Shown one piece after another: positions 57,301-64,000 of a DNA stretch of 64,000 nucleotides. The notes under the pieces were generated by a model. That model made no database searches. It had not been told where the DNA came from and worked only from the letters and a program-made list of their open reading frames with translations. Each line of letters begins with the position of its first letter. Position 1 is the stretch's first letter. Origin of the DNA: Chrysomallon squamiferum (Eukaryota > Animalia > Mollusca); assembly GCA_012295275.1 (NCBI GenBank), contig CM022666.1, forward strand, positions 10,106,001 through 10,170,000, read 5' to 3'. The position numbers were made by a program, and so were the translations under genes.

Positions 57301-60300
57301 ATCTAAGTAAGAAATAAATTTAGTACTTACCTAAATAATGACCTAAGTAAGCAAGGAAACAAGTAACTAAGTAAGTGAGAATAGAAGTCAGTACATTAAC
57401 AATTAAGTAATAATGTAAGTAAATAACTAAACTAATGACCTAAGTTAGCAAGGAAGAGAAATAAGTAAATAAATAACCTAAGTAAAGTAATTACCAATTA
57501 TCTAAATAACAAATAAATTAAGTAAGTAAAATAAATAATGACCTAAGTAAGCAAGGATGCAAGTTCTAAGTAAGTGAGAATGCAAGTAAGTACATTAACA
57601 ATTATCTAAGTAATAAAAATAAAAATAAATAAATTAACCTAAATAATGACCTAAACCTAAGTAAGCAAGGAAGCAAGTAACTAAGTAAGAATGAATGCAA
57701 GTCAGTACATTAACAATTATGTGAAAAGAATGTAAGTAAGTAATTAACTAATAATGACCTAAGTTAAATAAGGAAAGAGAAAGTAAGTAAAATAGTAACC
57801 TAAGTAAGTACATTAACAATTATCTAAAAATAACAAATAAAATAAATTAAGTAAAGTAAGTAAATAATGACCTAAGTAAAAATGATGCAAGTTTTCTAAG
57901 TAAGTGAAATGCAAAAACATTAACAATTATTAACAATTATCTAAGTAAATTAAATAAATTAATAATTAAGTAATACAAAATAATGACCTAAGTAAGCAAA
58001 GAAGCAAGTACCTAAGTAAGAGAGAAATGCAAGTCAGTTTACATTTAACAATTATGTAAGAAATGTAAGTAAGTATTTAACTAATGTCCTAAAGTTAGCA
58101 AGTAAGCGAAGTAAGTAAGTAAAAATAGTAACCTAAGTAAGTACATTAACAATTATCTAACTAAGAAAAATAAGTAAGTAAATAAAACGTAAATAATGAT
58201 CTAAGTTGGTAAGGAAGCGAGGAACTAAGGTAAAATGCAAATTTGTACATTAACAATTATCTAAGTAAGAACGTAATTAAGTAAGTAAATAATCACCTAA
58301 GTAAGCAAGGATGCAAGTTAGTAAGTCAGCGAGAATGCAAGTAAGTACGTTAACAATTATCTAAGTAAGAAATAAATTTAGTACTTACCTAAATAATGAC
58401 CTAAGTAAGCAGGGAATCAAGTAACTAAGTAAGTGAGAATGCAAAGTCAGTACATTAACAATTATGTGAGTAATAATGTAAGTAAGTACTTAACTAATGA
58501 CCTAAGTTAGCAAGGAAGAAAATAAGTAAATAAATAGTAACCTAAGTAAGTACATTACCAATTATCTAAATAACAAATAAAGTAGGTAAGTAAGTAAATA
58601 ATGACCTAAGTAAGCAATGATGCAAGTTTCTAAGTAAGTGAGAATGCAAGTAAGTACATTAACAATTATCTAAGTAATAAATAAATTAAGTAATTACGTA
58701 AATAATGACCTAAGTAACCAAGGAAGCAAGTACCTAAGTAAGAGAGAATGCAAGTCAGTACATTTACAATTATGTGAGTAAGAATGTAAGTAAGTATTTA
58801 ACTAATGTCCTAGGTTAGCAAGTAAGCGAGTAAGTTAGTAAATAGTAACCTAAGTAAGTACATTAACAATTATCTAACTAAGAAAGAAAGTAAGTAAGTA
58901 CGTAAATAATGATCTAAGTTGGTAAGGAAGCGAGGAACTAAGGTAAAATGCAAATTTGTACATTAACAATTATCTAAGTAAGAACGTAATTAAGTACGTA
59001 AATAATCACCTAAGTAAGCAAGGATGCAAGTTAGTAAGTCAGCGAGAATGCAAGTAAGTACGTTAACAATTATCTAAGTAAGAAATAAATTTAGTACTTA
59101 CCTAAATAATGACCTAAGTAAGCAGGGAATCAAGTAACTAAGTAAGTGAGAATAGAAGTCAGTACATTAACAATTATGTGAGTAATAATGTAAGTAAGTA
59201 CTTAACTAATGACCTAAGTTAGCAAGGAAAAAAATAAGTAAGTAAATAGTAACCTAAGTAAGTACATTACCAATTATCTAAATAACAAATACAGTAGGTA
59301 AGTAAGTAAATAATGACCTAAGTAAGCAATGATGCAAGTTTCTAAGTAAGTGAGAATGCAAGTAAGTACATTAACAATTATCTAAGTAATAAATAAATTA
59401 ATTAATTACGTAAATAATGACCTAAGTAACCAAGGAAGCAAGTACCTAAGTAAGAGAGAATGCAAGTCAGTACATTTACAATTATGTGAGTAAGAATGTA
59501 AGTAAGTATTTAACTAATGTCCTAGGTTAGCAAGTAAGCGAGTAAGTTAGTAAATAGTAACCTAAGTAAGTACATTAACAATTATCTAACTAAGAAAGAA
59601 AGTAAGTAAGTACGTAAATAATGATCTAAGTTGGTAAGGAAGCGAGGAACTAAGGTAAAATGCAAATTTGTACATTAACAATTATCTAAGTAAGAACGTA
59701 ATTAAGTACGTAAATAATCACCTAAGTAAGCAAGGATGCAAGTTAGTAAGTCAGCGAGAATGCAAGTAAGTACGTTAACAATTATCTAAGTAAGAAAAAA
59801 TTTAGTACTTACCTAAATAATGACCTAAGTAAGCAAGGAAATCAAGTAACTAAGTAAGTGAGAATAGAAGTCAGTACATTAACAATTATGTGAGTAATAA
59901 TGTAAGTAAGTACTTAACTAATGACCTAAGTTAGCAAGGAAGAGAATAAGTAAGTAAATAGTAACCTAAGTAAGTACATTACCAATTATCTAAATAACAA
60001 ATAAATTAAGTAAAAATTAAGTAAATAATGACCTAAGTAAGCAATGATGCAAAGTTTTTTCTAAGTAAGTGAGAATGCAAGTAAGTACATTAACAATTAT
60101 CTAAGTAATAAATAAATTAAATTAATTAATTAATTAAATAATGACCTAAGTAACCAAAGGAAGCAAGTACCTAAGTAAGAGAGAATGCAAGTCAGTACAT
60201 TTACAATTATGTGAGTAAGAATGTAAGTAAGTATTTAACTAATGTCCTAGGTTAGCAAGTAAGCGAGTAAGTTAGTAAATAGTAACCTAAGTAAGTACAT

Positions 60301-63300
60301 TAACAATTATCTAACTAAGAAAGAAAGTAAGTAAGTACGTAAATAATGATCTAAGTTGGTAAGGAAGCGAGGAACTAAGGTAAAATGCAAATTTGTACAT
60401 TAACAATTATCTAAGTAAGAAAGTAATTAAGTACGTAAATAATCACCTAAGTAAGCAAGGATGCAAGTTAGTAAGTCAGCGAGAATGCAAGTAAGTACGT
60501 TAACAATTATCTAAGTAAGAAATAAATTTAGTACTTACCTAAAAATAATGACCTAAGTAAGCAAGGAATCAAGTAACTAAGTACTAAGTAAGTGAGAATA
60601 GAAGTCAGTACATTAACAATTATGTGAGTAATAATGTAAGTAAGTACTTAACTAATGACCTAAGTTAGCAAGGAAGAAAATAAGTAAGTAAATAGTAACC
60701 TAAGTAAGTACATTACCAATTATCTAAATAACAAATACATTAAGTAAGTAAGTAAATAATGACCTAAGTAAGCAATGATGCAAGTTTCTAAGTAAGTGAG
60801 AATGCAAGTAAGTAACAATTAACAATTATCTAAGTAATAAATAAATTAATTAATTACGTAAATAATGATGACCTAAGTAACCAAGGAAGCAAGTACCTAA
60901 GTAGAGAGAATGCAAGTCAGTACATTTACAATTATGTGAGTAAGAATGTAAGTAAGTATTTAACTAATGTCCTAGGTTAGCAAGTAAGCGAGTAAGTTAG
61001 TAAATAGTAACCTAAGTAAGTACATTAACAATTATCTAACTAAGAAAGAAAGTAAAATAAGTACGTAAATAATGATCTCTAATTGGGGAAGGAAGCGAGG
61101 AACTAAGGTAAAATGCAAATTTGTACATTAACAATTATCTAAGTAAGAACGTAATTAAGTACGTAAATAATCACCTAAGTAAGCAAGGATGCAAGTTAGT
61201 AAGTCAGCGAGAATGCAAGTAAGTACGTTAACAATTATCTAAGTAAGAAATAAATTTAGTACTTACCTAAATAATGACCTAAGTAAGCAGGGAATCAAGT
61301 AACTAAGTAAGTGAGAATAGAAGTCAGTACATTAACAATTATGTGAGTAATAATGTAAGTAAGTACTTAACTAATGACCTAAGTTAGCAAGGAAGAGAAA
61401 TAAAATAAGTAAAATAGTAACCTAAGTAAGTACATTACCAATTATCTAAATAACAAATAAATTAAGTAAGTAAGTAAATAATGACCTAAGTAAGCAATGA
61501 TGCAAGTTTCTAAGTAAGTGAGAATGCAAGTAAGTACATTAACAATTATCTAAGTAATAAATAAATTAATTAATTACGTAAATAATGACCTAAGTAACCA
61601 AGGAAGCAAGTACCTAAGTAAGAGAGAATGCAAGTCAGTACATTTACAATTATGTGAGTAAGAATGTAAGTAAGTATTTAACTAATGTCCTAGGTTAGCA
61701 AGTAAGCGAGTAAGTTAGTAAATAGTAACCTAAGTAAGTACATTAACAATTATCTAACTAAGAAAGAAAGTAAGTAAGTACGTAAATAATGATCTAAGTT
61801 GGTAAGGAAGCGAGGAACTAAGGTAAAATGCAAATTTGTACATTAACAATTATCTAAGTAAGAACGTAATTAAGTACGTAAATAATCACCTAAGTAAGCA
61901 AGGATGCAAGTTAGTAAGTCAGCGAGAATGCAAGTAAGTACATTAACAATTATCTAAGTAAGAAATAAATAAATTTAGTACTTACCTAAATAATGACCTA
62001 AGTAAGCAGGGAATCAAGTAACTAAGTAAGTGAGAATAGAAGTCAGTACATTAACAATTATGTGAGTAATAATGTAAGTAAGTACTTAACTAATGACCTA
62101 AGTTAGCAAGGAAGAAAATAAGTAAGTAAATAGTAACCTAAGTAAGTACATTACCAATTATCTAAATAACAAATAAATTAAGTAAGTAAGTAAATAATGA
62201 CCTAAGTAAGCAATGATGCAAGTTTCTAAGTAAGTGAGAATGCAAGTAAGTACATTAACAATTATCTAAGTAATAAATAAATTAATTAATTACGTAAATA
62301 ATGACCTAAGTAACCAAGGAAGCAAGTACCTAAGTAAGAGAGAATGCAAGTCAGTACATTTACAATTATGTGAGTAAGAATGTAAGTAAGTATTTAACTA
62401 ATGTCCTAGGTTAGCAAGTAAGCGAGTAAGTTAGTAAATAGTAACCTAAGTAAGTACATTAACAATTATCTAACTAAGAAAGAAAGTAAGTAAGTACGTA
62501 AATAATGATCTAAGTTGGTAAGGAAGCGAGGAACTAAGGTAAAATGCAAATTTGTACATTAACAATTATCTAAGTAAGAACGTAATTAAGTACGTAAATA
62601 ATCACCTAAGTAAGCAAGGATGCAAGTTAGTAAGTCAGCGAGAATGCAAGTAAGTACGTTAACAATTATCTAAGTAAGAAATAAATTTAGTACTTACCTA
62701 AATAATGACCTAAGTAAGCAGGGAATCAAGTAACTAAGTAAGTGAGAATAGAAGTCAGTACATTAACAATTATGTGAGTAATAATGTAAGTAAGTACTTA
62801 ACTAATGACCTAAGTTAGCAAGGAAGAAAATAAGTAAATAGTAACCTAAGTAAGTACATTACCAATTATCTAAATAACAAATAAAGTAGGTAAGTAAGTA
62901 AATAATGACCTAAGTAAGCAATGATGCAAGTTTCTAAGTAAGTGAGAATGCAAGTAAGTACATTAACAATTATCTAAGTAATAAATAAATTAAGTAATTA
63001 CGTAAATAATGACCTAAGTAACCAAGGAAGCAAGTACCTAAGTAAGAGAGAATGCAAGTCAGTACATTTACAATTATGTGAGTAAGAATGTAAGTAAGTA
63101 TTTAACTAATGTCCTAGGTTAGCAAGTAAGCGAGTAAGTTAGTAAATAGTAACCTAAGTAAGTACATTAACAATTATCTAACTAAGAAAGAAAGTAAGTA
63201 AGTACGTAAATAATGATCTAAGTTGGTAAGGAAGCGAGGAACTAAGGTAAAATGCAAATTTGTACATTAACAATTATCTAAGTAAGAACGTAATTAAGTA

Positions 63301-63376
63301 CGTAAATAATCACCTAAGTAAGCAAGGATGCAAGTTAGTAAGTCAGCGAGAATGCAAGTAAGTACGTTAACAATTA
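39335..63376 (-). repeat. Same satellite in inverted orientation, mainly 712-bp 7-monomer HOR
   Basis: Reverse-complement motifs (CAATTAT, AATGACCTAAG, GTAAGTAA) throughout. CCTAGG spacings are 58809-59521 (712), 42154-42866 (712), 39584-40292 (708) and 61689-62405-63113 (716, 708). Confidence 0.97.
58809..59520 (-). repeat. Reference copy of the 712-bp 7-mer HOR (A B C' D E F G)
   Basis: One clean CCTAGG-to-CCTAGG period. 712 = 308 + 404, with one A-B-C trimer and one D-E-F-G block. Confidence 0.93.
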
Positions 63377-63576
63377 NNNNNNNNNNNNNNNNNNNNNNNN
63401 NNNNNNNNNNNNNNNNNNNNNNNNNNNNNNNNNNNNNNNNNNNNNNNNNNNNNNNNNNNNNNNNNNNNNNNNNNNNNNNNNNNNNNNNNNNNNNNNNNNN
63501 NNNNNNNNNNNNNNNNNNNNNNNNNNNNNNNNNNNNNNNNNNNNNNNNNNNNNNNNNNNNNNNNNNNNNNNNNNNN
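63377..63576. other. Assembly gap, 200 N
   Basis: Exactly 200 N separating satellite from non-satellite sequence. Confidence 0.99.
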
Positions 63577-64000
63577 GTTCATTCTGTGGTTCACCAAAGC
63601 CACCACTTTCCTTTCTTAATTCCTTACATACAAAATATCTGTTTCTTCTAAATAAATGAAAAAGAACATTGTATTTAGATTGGTCGAAAAAAAAAAAAAA
63701 AAAAAAGTTTGGTTTTTATAAACTGGAAATGTTTATGCAAAAGGTTTGTTCTAAGTTTGCCTTCCTCTTCTCAGTCAAGCATTGTCAATACACCAAAAAC
63801 AAATGATATGCAGTGATTGTGTGTATGTATTCATGGTCATTCTCTTATATACCTTTACAGTGACAACATCCAAGTGTAAAGTATTTCCAGTTATTGAAAA
63901 GGTTTCCACATGTCTAATTCAAATTGTATTCAAAATGTATATAAGAAATATATTTTGGAAGGTACATTGATATGGTTGACACTTTATTTCTATAATTTTA
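63577..64000. other. Non-satellite AT-rich non-coding sequence (intergenic, intronic or UTR-like)
   Basis: No TTAC lattice or monomer motifs. Ordinary complexity and no convincing ORF. Confidence 0.75.
63687..63706 (+). repeat. Poly(A) tract (A20)
   Basis: 20 consecutive A, with AATAAA at 63651-63656 upstream. Confidence 0.9.

Noticed and set aside
58809-59520. HOR lengths as nucleosome multiples (712 = 4x178, 1020 = 6x170)
   Set aside because: Numerical coincidence is easy to obtain, and it is untestable without MNase data.
2416-63376. CRISPR-like or retron/ncRNA array (conserved blocks separated by variable segments)
   Set aside because: The variable segments are homologous to each other and recur with HOR periodicity rather than being unique spacers. 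No cas, reverse transcriptase or any other gene is present.
2416-63376. Arthropod-type telomeric TTAGG
   Set aside because: TTAGG occurs as isolated single copies (about 1-2 per monomer), not as tandem arrays, and is readily derived from the TTAC lattice.
63328-63651. ORFs across the third gap
   Set aside because: Mostly X, joining satellite to unrelated sequence.
63782-63970. 62-aa ORF
   Set aside because: Short, TTG start, no recognisable motif. Within chance expectation.

Overview
This window has no supportable genes. About 63 kb is one AT-rich tandem satellite family, most likely eukaryotic heterochromatin of centromeric or pericentromeric type. Three exactly 200-N scaffold gaps (2216-2415, 39135-39334, 63377-63576) divide it, and 424 bp of non-satellite sequence follows the last gap. 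The satellite is hierarchical. A degenerate (TTAC)n 4-bp lattice builds 100/104-bp monomers (25 or 26 tetramers, each starting ATAATTG). These group into a 308-bp trimer (A-B-C) and a 404-bp tetramer (D-E-F-G), giving two higher-order repeats (HORs). A 1020-bp 10-mer (ABC A'B'C' DEFG) dominates 2416-39134 with the T-rich strand on +, and a 712-bp 7-mer (AB C' DEFG) dominates 39335-63376 in the opposite orientation. Long tracts are degraded in a way that looks like assembly-consensus noise. All ORFs in the supplied track look spurious. I cannot name the satellite family or the organism from the sequence alone.
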